DNA from: Deferribacterales bacterium
GTDB taxonomy: Bacteria > Chrysiogenota > Deferribacteres > Deferribacterales > Geovibrionaceae
Reading direction: 5' to 3'
Assembly: GCA_050251945.1 (NCBI GenBank)
Contig: JBFWLW010000002.1
Span: 192,001 to 256,000 of the forward strand
DNA: 64,000 nt
Shown: positions 10,299 to 18,377 of the stretch, piece by piece
Position numbering within the stretch: the stretch's first letter is position 1
Layout: every line of letters starts with the position of its first letter
Translations under genes and position numbers: made by a program
Notes under the pieces: model-generated
Databases searched by the model: none
The model's input: only the letters and a program-made list of their open reading frames with translations
What the model was told of the DNA's origin: nothing

Positions 10299-10321
10299 GT
10301 TTCGCTCCTGAAATGTGTAGA

Positions 10322-10338
10322 AGCAATGGAGATGCCAA
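10322..10338 (-). promoter_or_regulatory. Sigma54 promoter of the lipoprotein-flgFGA operon
   Basis: Minus strand TTGGCATCTCCATTGCT (GG-N10-GC), 23 bp upstream of the ATG. Confidence 0.75.
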
Positions 10339-10351
10339 TTTGATTAGACGC

Positions 10352-10441
10352 AATTTCCTCCATCCTTGGAGAAATTGCGCCAACACTCCGGTCGGCGAAG
10401 CCTCCCTCCGTTCACGCAAGCGGGTTTCATCCATGAAACCT
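10352..10441 (+). repeat. Family-B structured repeat (two CATCC.TG-centred hairpins)
   Basis: AATTTCCTC-CATCCTTG-GAGAAATT, CGCCAACACTCC, GGCGAAGCC, GTTCACGC, GGTTT-CATCCATG-AAACC; aligns with 46135-46224. Confidence 0.7.
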
Positions 10442-10581
10442 CAAACTGATAACAAAGAGGAGAAAAGACTAGATTGCTTCGCTTTGCTCGCAAAGACGGA
10501 AAGAAAAACCTGTCTCTGCGAGGGCTTTAGCCCGAAGCAGTCTAATTGTTCGGTATAAATCTTTAGTTTGTCAACAACCAT
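10442..10581 (+). mobile_element. MITE-like element copy 1 (imperfect TIRs, REP doublet cargo, 20-bp hairpin duplication)
   Basis: Begins CAAACTGATAACAAA, ends TTTGTCAACAACCAT; flanked by GGGTTTCATCCATGAAACCT (10422-10441) and GGGATTCATCCGTGAAACCT (10582-10601). Confidence 0.75.
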
Positions 10582-10612
10582 GGGATTCATCCGTGAAACC
10601 TTCTTATATATC

Positions 10613-10680
10613 AGAAACAGCCTCCTGCTGTTTCTTCGCAACGTAAGTTTCAGGCAAAGCCTGTGTCTTACTCACACTAC
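10613..10680 (+). repeat. Partial family-B repeat
   Basis: AGAAACAG-CCTCCTG-CTGTTTCT hairpin, then GGCAAAGCC and ACTCACACTA. Confidence 0.5.
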
Positions 10681-11222
10681 AAATATTTTATTGCACTAAA
10701 GCGTAGAAAGTCTTTTGTCAGATTACGAGGAATGACTTCGTTTATGCAAACTATCAAATTCCATCTTTCATTATTTATATTACAATAATAACTGAGAGAG
10801 TATGCAACAGTGCAAAATATGAAACAAGGTTGCAACATATTCTTAATTAAATATTGTAATTCAATAATTTAAAAATATTAATAAGTATCCGTTAAATGAC
10901 ATATGTCGACTTTCCTTTCTTGATATATTTTATCAAATCATATTTAAACCCTGAAGTTTTTCAGTGATACTGTTATGTTATGGCTTATTATAGTGGCTCC
11001 ATATCTTGCAGAAACATTTAGAATTCCGACTTACATTAAATTAATTTCATTTAGACCAAATATTTATATGTGTTTTTGACTAGTATGTTCGTGTGGCATG
11101 TATTTTTAAATCGAATGTGTTAAGTTACATGTATATTTCTTATATTATTTTTATGAGCATATTTGGAATATATTTTAAAAAACATGTTATTGATAATACT
11201 ATGCCTTTTATCGGAGAAGATA

Positions 11223-12686
11223 ATGACAATGAAACTTTATGAGTCCGTTGCCGACAACATACGTGAAAAAATATTATGCGGTCTATATCCTGTTGGAAGC
11301 AGCCTACCGTCCATAAAGCAGTTAATGAATGAACATAATGTGGGTAAAAATTCAGTTATAAGTGCTTTGCAGATTTTAGAAGATAAAATGCTGATAAAGA
11401 TTTTTCCTCGAAAAAGACCTGTAGTAACCGGACCTGTGTGGTCGGCGCTGACAAGTTTCAAATGCGTTGATTGGAAAAAATATCTGGATGTAGGCAAACA
11501 CATTATGACAGATATAGGATATGCGGTTCCTGCCAACAGGGATAAGCCATCCCTCAACATCTCAGAACCAAAAATTTGTAAAGATTTTGACAATGATAAA
11601 ATAATTCAGAAAGCTCTGAACAAGGTTAGCCAAAAACTTTCTGATCCTTTTTACTCTTATTATGACTATAGAGGTAACCCGGCTGTAAGGCAGAAAGTAT
11701 GTGAGAAACTTGCCAGTTACGGGGTATTTTTAACACCTGATGAAGTTCTAATAAATTCAGGCCCTAGGGAGGCTCTGCTTATTATAGCCAGAGGGATGCT
11801 CTCGCAGGGGATGGATCTTTATTTTTCTTATCCTAATTTTATAAAAACACACAATATCTTTAAAACTGTGGGAATGAATCTTGTCCCGGTGAAATCTGAT
11901 AAATATGGAATGCTTCCTGAAGAACTGGACAGAACAATCCATAAATCACGTAAAGGAGTGCTTTTTATTAACTCTGTAACTAATTGGCCTTCCGATACCA
12001 TTATGCCGACTACCAGAGCAAGGGATTTATTCAGCATAATAGAGAAAAGGAGGATCCCGGCAATTGAGCTTGACGTAATGCGTGAATATACACTTTCGTC
12101 ATTGCCAAACCCTCTTAAGTCTTTTGATACATCTGGGAGCATTGTTTATATCTATTCTTTTCCGTGGATACTTTATTGTGGTTTGCATGTTTCTGCCATT
12201 ACTGGTTCCAAACCTGTCATAAATCGTCTGGCAGGGGTAAAACTTCAAAATGACGCAGGTTCCGATATTATCTCACAAATAATATTGGGAGAGTTATTGT
12301 CTGATGGCATGTTTGAAAATTATATGGCCGAAAAAAGACCGCAAATGCTCAAAAGAAGAGATGATGTAAATATTATTATGAAAAAATATCTGTTTGATAT
12401 TGCAACATGGAATGAAACAACTGATGGAATATGTTTTTGGGTATCTTTTGACAGCCGTATAAACGTAAACAAAATGAATCTTATGGATAAGAATATCTTT
12501 TTCTCATATGGAAATATGTTTGATCCAAACGACACAACCCACATGCATATTTGTTATACGGGAATGTCGCTGGATGCAATTGAATTCTGTATCGCTAATA
12601 TTTCTGCACAGGCGAGAATCATGATTGATAATTCTGTACCTAAAAACAGCAGAAGCTGTACCCGTAAAAAACATTTTAATATATGA
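11223..12686 (+). CDS. MocR/GabR-type GntR regulator with aminotransferase-like domain (degenerate PLP site)
   Basis: N-terminal wHTH (LYESVADNIR...GSSLPSIKQL...VGKNSV) plus class-I aminotransferase fold; GGAG RBS before ATG 11223. Confidence 0.88.
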   Translation: MTMKLYESVADNIREKILCGLYPVGSSLPSIKQLMNEHNVGKNSVISALQILEDKMLIKIFPRKRPVVTGPVWSALTSFKCVDWKKYLDVGKHIMTDIGYAVPANRDKPSLNISEPKICKDFDNDKIIQKALNKVSQKLSDPFYSYYDYRGNPAVRQKVCEKLASYGVFLTPDEVLINSGPREALLIIARGMLSQGMDLYFSYPNFIKTHNIFKTVGMNLVPVKSDKYGMLPEELDRTIHKSRKGVLFINSVTNWPSDTIMPTTRARDLFSIIEKRRIPAIELDVMREYTLSSLPNPLKSFDTSGSIVYIYSFPWILYCGLHVSAITGSKPVINRLAGVKLQNDAGSDIISQIILGELLSDGMFENYMAEKRPQMLKRRDDVNIIMKKYLFDIATWNETTDGICFWVSFDSRINVNKMNLMDKNIFFSYGNMFDPNDTTHMHICYTGMSLDAIEFCIANISAQARIMIDNSVPKNSRSCTRKKHFNI

Positions 12687-12716
12687 TAATTAGAAATTAA
12701 CTGTTGAATGGTACGG
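12634..12716 (+). promoter_or_regulatory. Putative MocR operator: CTGTACC direct repeats 22 bp apart plus an inverted half-site
   Basis: CTGTACC at 12634 and 12656, GGTACGG at 12710; upstream of the porin gene. Confidence 0.5.
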
Positions 12717-12829
12717 ATATGTTGAGTTTTGTGCCTATCTGAATATTTAGACTTTATCTCTAATAATCTATCCTTAACACATCTATAAAACTCCTGACTT
12801 AAACCTGCAGGTTTATGATGGAGGAAAAT

Positions 12830-13960
12830 ATGAAGAATCTGTTTTATGTGCTATTTTTTTGTTTCCTTGTTTCATCCTCTGTTTATGCTCAGTCATTTGT
12901 CTTTGATGGAAACAAACTGGATGTATATGCACAATTGCGCACATACGCCATGTTTGAAAACGTTCAGGGCTCAGACAGCTACAGGGATATTGCCCAGACA
13001 GTATTGGGTACGCAGTATGACTCACGAGTTGGGGCATTGTGGAGCAAAGACAATCTCACAGCCAGGCTTGAACTCGGATTCCCCTATACCGTTTCATCCA
13101 ACGACTCTATAGCCAAGATGCGTTATTTCTACGTTACAATGCAACTTCCAAATGATTACGGCGAACTGACAGTCGGTCAATTTGACAGTATAGCAGCGAA
13201 TCCGCATTTCGGGAGAGTGCTCAACATTGATAATGCTCTTGGAGGCATAGGCAACATAGCCAATATCAGGAGACCCGGGGTCGCATATAAAACCGGCGGC
13301 TTCGCATTTCAGCTGACAAGCCTTAGCGTGGACAGCAGCAACTATACCGGTCTATTTTCAGACTATTCAGATGTTCGTTACAAAATGGAAATACCAAAAG
13401 CGGAGATTTCTTATACATTTAAGACATTTCCTCTCCAGGTTTTCAGTGCCGGAACAGTATTCGCCGCAGATGGAACCAACTCAGATGATAATGAAGAAAG
13501 TTTCAGTACACCAGCCTATCATTTCGGATTTAACTATGAACCTAATTTGGGTAAATTTCATGCAGTCGTAGCAGGTTTTTATGCTGTGAACTCTGGTCTT
13601 ATGGGTATGGTTAAAACAGGTAACGGCAAAGGTGATGTTACAAACCTGCTTCCGGTTCTAGAATCAAACGGCGATGTATATGACGTTAAAACACTTGGCG
13701 GAGCCGTCAGCGTTATATACGACTTTACTCCGAAAGTCTCAATGGAAGTCGCAGCCGGTTATCAGACATCAACTTCAGACGCCGATTCATGGACTCATGA
13801 CGATAACAATGTTGGCGGATATATTAATTTCCCTTTGAAAATTATGGATCATGTCACTCTGATTCCTGAAATCGGCTATTACGATTACCTTAAAACATCA
13901 ACAGGCGCCAATGACGCAACAGATCTACAGGTTGGTTTGCAGTTCCGATTTGCCATATAG
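12830..13960 (+). CDS. Outer-membrane beta-barrel (porin-like) protein
   Basis: Sec signal (VYA-Q), SRVG/ARLELG/MRYFYV/LTVGQ amphipathic strands, C-terminal VGLQFRFAI; GGAGG RBS. Confidence 0.75.
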   Translation: MKNLFYVLFFCFLVSSSVYAQSFVFDGNKLDVYAQLRTYAMFENVQGSDSYRDIAQTVLGTQYDSRVGALWSKDNLTARLELGFPYTVSSNDSIAKMRYFYVTMQLPNDYGELTVGQFDSIAANPHFGRVLNIDNALGGIGNIANIRRPGVAYKTGGFAFQLTSLSVDSSNYTGLFSDYSDVRYKMEIPKAEISYTFKTFPLQVFSAGTVFAADGTNSDDNEESFSTPAYHFGFNYEPNLGKFHAVVAGFYAVNSGLMGMVKTGNGKGDVTNLLPVLESNGDVYDVKTLGGAVSVIYDFTPKVSMEVAAGYQTSTSDADSWTHDDNNVGGYINFPLKIMDHVTLIPEIGYYDYLKTSTGANDATDLQVGLQFRFAI

Positions 13961-13975
13961 ATTATGGAGGAAAAA

Positions 13976-15901
13976 ATGAAAAAAGATATAAGCAGACGTA
14001 ATTTTCTTAAAGCATCAGGAATCACAGCCGCATGCGGCATGGCTCTTGTTATGAATCCTCTGGCTGCGGAAGCAAAGGAAAAGGGAGAAAAATGTAGTGA
14101 TAAGTTTTCTCTCCCAGGTACTTATAATACCATCGCCACTGATGTTGTGGTTGTCGGGGCAGGATGTGCCGGTATAGAGGCCAGTATCAATGTACTCAAG
14201 TCCGGAGCTAATGTTGTAATTATTGATAAAAAACTGATCGGACGCTGTGGCAACAGCGGACAGCACACGAGCGGCGCAATGGTTTCCGCCAACGATTTTG
14301 CCAAAGACGGCGACTCTCTTGAAGAGCACATGAAAGATGCCATTGAAACAGGCAGATACATAGTAAATCAGAAAATCGGCGAAGAAATATTAAAAGAATA
14401 CAGAGATGATGCTGTAACACTTAAATCTGAAAACTATGGAAATCTGCACCTTAGAGACTCAAAAACCGGCGAGCCAACATTCGAATACAGCAGAACAAAG
14501 AAACGCCGCTGGGCCGGATACAGGCTTCAAAATCAGACTTTTGAGGCAATGCGTCTGGGAGCAAAAATATTGGACTATCACACAGTCACAAGGATTCTCA
14601 CATCAAAGGATAAAAAAATCTGCGGTGTAGCAGCTGTGGATTTCAAAACAGGCGAATTTGTCATCGTCAGAGCTAAATGCGTTATTCTTGCAACTGGTGG
14701 AGGATCCGCTATTTGGGGGGGCAGTTCAGCAACCGAATCTTCTGTAGGTTATGGTTCAACAGTCGGATCCCATGCCTGCTGTGCTTATGGTCTCACAGGC
14801 GACGGACATTCAATGGCAGCAGCTTTGGGTGTTGTTTTAAAAGATATGGAATTCAGAACTACCTCTCCATGCGGATTTTTGCTGGCCGGAGCAAATGTTG
14901 CGTACATGTGTCCGGATATCACTGTAAGCGAGGATATAAATGGAAATAAGTTTCTTGACTCCATCCCAAAAAGTGAGTTGACCAACAGACGAGTAATGTA
15001 CGAAAAGGCCATTGTCAGGCAAAAAGGTGGTTTTACAAAAGAAGGTGCATGCAAGCTTCCAGTGACATCTTTGAGGCCGACAGTGCTTAAAGGTGCCGGA
15101 GAATATATTGAAGTTGACGGATGGGGGTTTTTTCAGCCGCACCCTATGGCCTTTATGAAAATGTGGGCTAACAGAGGGTTCAATCTGAAAAACGGCATGG
15201 CCAACGACGTTTGTCTCTATGATTACGGAGGCATTTTTATCGACTCTATCGGTCGCACCAATATTAACGGGCTCTATGCCGTCGGCGAGCTGGCTATGCA
15301 TTGCGGTGCTGAATATGGAGCCTTCAGGGTTTTCTCATCAGCAATGGCAATAGGTCACTATACGGGGAAACATGCTGCAGATTTTGCAACAAAAACTGAT
15401 TATTATCCAATAGATTTTGACCAGGTTGCAGAAACATATAAACATATTTACAGCATTTTTGAACGTAAAAAAGGAATCACCGTGAGAGAACTTAAGAATA
15501 AGGTTCAAAATGCCGCATGGGAAGGCGCAGGAGCCTGGAAAAGCGAAAAAAGCGGTAAAGAGGCTCTCGCAATACTCAAACAAGCTAAAAAAGACTACAA
15601 AAATGTTTATCTGCGCGATAAGTCAAAAGTCTGCAATATTGAATGGCTTGAGTATCTCCAGATACAGAACACTATTAAATATGCTGAAATGGCAACACTT
15701 GCTTCAATGACGCGGACAGAAAGTCGGGGAGCACATTACAGGGCTGAATTCAGTGATATGGATAACGATAAATGGCTTAAAAACATTTATCTCACTGAAG
15801 TTAATGGCGAAATCAAGGTTGATGTAAAACCTGTTGTTGTTACGAAATACCCTCTGCCGTCTGGAAAACTTTCTCAGGGCGGCGGAACATTAAATGACTG
15901 A
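13976..15901 (+). CDS. Tat-exported FAD-dependent oxidoreductase, succinate dehydrogenase/fumarate reductase flavoprotein superfamily, substrate unknown
   Basis: SRRNFLK twin-arginine signal; DVVVVGAGCAG; VILATGG; TGDG; GLYAVGE; RTESRGAHYR. Confidence 0.88.
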   Translation: MKKDISRRNFLKASGITAACGMALVMNPLAAEAKEKGEKCSDKFSLPGTYNTIATDVVVVGAGCAGIEASINVLKSGANVVIIDKKLIGRCGNSGQHTSGAMVSANDFAKDGDSLEEHMKDAIETGRYIVNQKIGEEILKEYRDDAVTLKSENYGNLHLRDSKTGEPTFEYSRTKKRRWAGYRLQNQTFEAMRLGAKILDYHTVTRILTSKDKKICGVAAVDFKTGEFVIVRAKCVILATGGGSAIWGGSSATESSVGYGSTVGSHACCAYGLTGDGHSMAAALGVVLKDMEFRTTSPCGFLLAGANVAYMCPDITVSEDINGNKFLDSIPKSELTNRRVMYEKAIVRQKGGFTKEGACKLPVTSLRPTVLKGAGEYIEVDGWGFFQPHPMAFMKMWANRGFNLKNGMANDVCLYDYGGIFIDSIGRTNINGLYAVGELAMHCGAEYGAFRVFSSAMAIGHYTGKHAADFATKTDYYPIDFDQVAETYKHIYSIFERKKGITVRELKNKVQNAAWEGAGAWKSEKSGKEALAILKQAKKDYKNVYLRDKSKVCNIEWLEYLQIQNTIKYAEMATLASMTRTESRGAHYRAEFSDMDNDKWLKNIYLTEVNGEIKVDVKPVVVTKYPLPSGKLSQGGGTLND

Positions 15902-15918
15902 GCAGGAGATGAGTTGAA

Positions 15919-16665
15919 ATGAAAGTAAAAGTTAAAGTATTTAAATTTAACCCGGGTACCGATGCCAAGCCTTATTACAAAACTTATGAAGTTCCATACA
16001 GCGAAGGACTTTCTGTTCTGGAAGCAGTCAGGTATATAAATGACTTCCTTGAACCTCTGGCCTTTGACTATGTCTGCCACCAGGCCGGCTGCGGACTGTG
16101 TGCAATGAGGATCAATGGTGGAGCCTCTCTCGCTTGCGCGACACCTATAGTGAAAGACAAAGAGAATGTAATTGAGCCTCTGGAGGGCTTCAGAGTGATA
16201 CGTGACCTTTTCATAGACAGAGAAGAACTCAGAGCAAAAGTCATGAGTATTCAACCTTGGTTTACCCGTGAAGAACCTATGACCAAACCTGAAAACATGC
16301 CCATTGACAACTACTTGAAAACAGGGGTTGCCCAGATGTGCAGAGACTGTTTTATGTGTCATTCAGAATGCCCGGCAATCAAGGAATATGGCTTTGAAAA
16401 CTATTCCGGACCATATATCCTCACCAGAATAGCTTCACGCTATTTTGATACACGCGAGGGCTGTCAGGATGAGAGGCTGAAAAGTGCTGTGCGTGAAGGT
16501 CTTTTCAACTGTATGCAGTGTGGGCGTTGCGAAGAAATATGCCCAGCCGGTGACATTGTTGAGGTGAAGGGCTGGGTGCATCTTCAACACCCGAAACTTT
16601 TTAAAGAAATGATGAATGATGCCGAGAAAAAAGGTCTTAAACCGTCAAAAACAATGAACGATTAA
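15919..16665 (+). CDS. SdhB/FrdB-like iron-sulfur subunit
   Basis: CHQAGCGLC...LAC ([2Fe-2S]), IEPL..FRVIRDL, CRDCFMCHSECP, CMQCGRCEEICP. Confidence 0.92.
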   Translation: MKVKVKVFKFNPGTDAKPYYKTYEVPYSEGLSVLEAVRYINDFLEPLAFDYVCHQAGCGLCAMRINGGASLACATPIVKDKENVIEPLEGFRVIRDLFIDREELRAKVMSIQPWFTREEPMTKPENMPIDNYLKTGVAQMCRDCFMCHSECPAIKEYGFENYSGPYILTRIASRYFDTREGCQDERLKSAVREGLFNCMQCGRCEEICPAGDIVEVKGWVHLQHPKLFKEMMNDAEKKGLKPSKTMND

Positions 16666-16690
16666 GTCTTTATGGCTATTTGAAACGTCG

Positions 16691-16724
16691 TGAGTGCAGC
16701 AAAAACTGCTGCACTCAAATTTAT
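16691..16724 (+). terminator. Hairpin terminator closing the flavoprotein operon
   Basis: TGAGTGCAGC-AAAAACT-GCTGCACTCA followed by AATTTAT. Confidence 0.65.
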
Positions 16725-16851
16725 TGTCAAATATAAAATCCGCACACTCATGTAGTTATTCTGTATGATTCAATAAGACATGAAAGTAGATTGGGGACAC
16801 GCTAAGAAGCATTAGGGCTGTATTTTTACGTTCAAATCCCCGCTTTTACAC

Positions 16852-16868
16852 TTGCAAATCATTTGCAA
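16852..16868. promoter_or_regulatory. Palindromic Fur-family (Zur-like) operator overlapping the promoter
   Basis: TTGCAAAT-C-ATTTGCAA perfect palindrome immediately upstream of the Fur-family gene. Confidence 0.7.
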
Positions 16869-16885
16869 AGATGTATCATAATCAC

Positions 16886-17305
16886 ATGGAAAAATGTAAA
16901 GCAGACAATCTGCTGAAAACAACAAATACCGTCAGAACTGAGGCGCGCGAGACTATACTCCACGCAGTGCTGGACAGCGGAAGACCGCTATCTGCAAATG
17001 AATTGCATCTGATGGTAAGAGACAGAGGTATCGACCTTGCCACCGTATACCGCGCGATGAAACTTTTTACAGAAAAAGGACTTGTCCGCCCCGTACATGC
17101 GGACAGCGGACTTACGTTCTATGAAAAATCCTGCGAACACAACCCGCCTCACGCACATTTCATATGCGAAAACTGCGGCGGGATAGAGTGTCTCAAACCA
17201 TACGGATTCGACGAGTCCGCTTTCTTCATAAAACTCGGACAGCAAAAAGAAGTGTCGTCCGTAGAACTCATACTTAAAGGAAGGTGCAGCTCATGCGCAA
17301 GTTAG
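16886..17305 (+). CDS. Fur-family metalloregulator (Zur-like)
   Basis: RTEARETIL, LATVYRAM, HAHFICENCG, C-terminal CSSC; overlaps znuA. Confidence 0.9.
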   Translation: MEKCKADNLLKTTNTVRTEARETILHAVLDSGRPLSANELHLMVRDRGIDLATVYRAMKLFTEKGLVRPVHADSGLTFYEKSCEHNPPHAHFICENCGGIECLKPYGFDESAFFIKLGQQKEVSSVELILKGRCSSCAS

Positions 17306-18189
17306 CTCTGTTTATGTGTGCCGTACTCATCGCGGCTCCCGCATTCGCGAAGATGAAGGTCTTCGTATCCATCGCTCCCCAGAAATATTTCGTTGAGCAG
17401 ATAGCAAAGGACAAGGCGGACGTTTTCGTTCTCGTCCCCGCCGGTTCAAGCCCCCACTCATACGAACCCAAACCCAAACAGATGACCGAACTGGCTCAGT
17501 CGTCCATATATTTCTCAATCAGCGATCCGTCAGAACAGGCATGGCTTAAAAAGATAGCCGGAGTGAACAAAAATCTCAAAATAGTCGCCACAGACAAAGG
17601 CATCAAAAAACGTCAGATGGCTGAACACCATCACCACGGCGAGGATGAAGGCGAAGAGGAACACGGACACGAACACCATGATCATGCTGATCACGACGAC
17701 CACGAAGGGATGGCAGATCCGCACATATGGCTTGACCCAGTACTTGTAATGGCACAGGCAAAGAATATAGCCGCCGCTCTTTCACAGGCGGACCCCATTA
17801 ACAAAAATTTCTATGCCGCAAACCTGAACGGTTTCACAAACAATCTCAGAGTGCTTGACCAGCAAATATCAAGAATTACTCAGGCGTCAAAGAATAAAAA
17901 ATTCATGGTATTCCACCCTTCATGGGGCTATTTCGCCGACAGATATAAGCTGACACAGGTATCCGTGGAAATAGACGGCAAGTCACCCAAGCCTGCGGAG
18001 CTTGCGAAACTGATTGACACCGCGAAACATGAAAAACTGAAAACAATATTCGCACAGCCTCAGTTTTCTAAGAAAGAGGTTGAGACCATCGCCAAAGAAA
18101 CAGGCGCAAGGGTTGTAATGATAGATCCGCTGTCCGCCGACTGGGAAAACAATATGCTTAACGTGGCGAAAGCCATAGCAGGACAATAA
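17293..18189 (+). CDS. znuA: Metal ABC substrate-binding protein with His/acidic loop
   Basis: SPHSYEP, HHHHGEDEGEEEHGHEHHDH loop, DPHIWLDP, FHPSWGYF. Confidence 0.9.
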   Translation: MRKLALFMCAVLIAAPAFAKMKVFVSIAPQKYFVEQIAKDKADVFVLVPAGSSPHSYEPKPKQMTELAQSSIYFSISDPSEQAWLKKIAGVNKNLKIVATDKGIKKRQMAEHHHHGEDEGEEEHGHEHHDHADHDDHEGMADPHIWLDPVLVMAQAKNIAAALSQADPINKNFYAANLNGFTNNLRVLDQQISRITQASKNKKFMVFHPSWGYFADRYKLTQVSVEIDGKSPKPAELAKLIDTAKHEKLKTIFAQPQFSKKEVETIAKETGARVVMIDPLSADWENNMLNVAKAIAGQ

Positions 18190-18194
18190 AACAA

Positions 18195-18215
18195 AGGCGG
18201 GTCACTGACCCGCCT
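18195..18215. terminator. Bidirectional hairpin, left copy of the duplicated target
   Basis: AGGCGGGTCA-C-TGACCCGCCT, repeated exactly at 18357-18377, between convergent genes. Confidence 0.65.
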
Positions 18216-18356
18216 CAGGTTGTTGACAAACTAAATTTACACAGACTCACGTTAGACTGCTTCGGGTTAAAACCCTCGCAGAGACGTTTTTTTGTCTTCG
18301 CGAGGAGCGCATGCGACGACGTGATCTCGCATTTTCCTGACTTTGTAATCAGTCTG
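18216..18356 (-). mobile_element. MITE-like element copy 2 with perfect 21-bp hairpin duplication
   Basis: CAGGTTGTTGACAAAC...CTTTGTAATCAGTCTG, internal REP doublet; identical flanking AGGCGGGTCACTGACCCGCCT. Confidence 0.85.
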
Positions 18357-18377
18357 AGGCGGGTCACTGACCCGCCT

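Noticed and set aside
10153..10641. Short ORFs across the repeat pile (10153-10434, 10268-10558, 10441-10641), likewise 42395-42583 and 45940-46386
   Set aside because: They are translations of palindromic repeats with no RBS or family motif.
13976..16665. Calling the pair sdhAB/frdAB, aprAB or nadB
   Set aside because: Tat signal, missing catalytic His/Arg motifs and no anchor argue against Sdh/Frd; the [2Fe-2S]-containing B subunit argues against AprB; NadB has no Fe-S partner.
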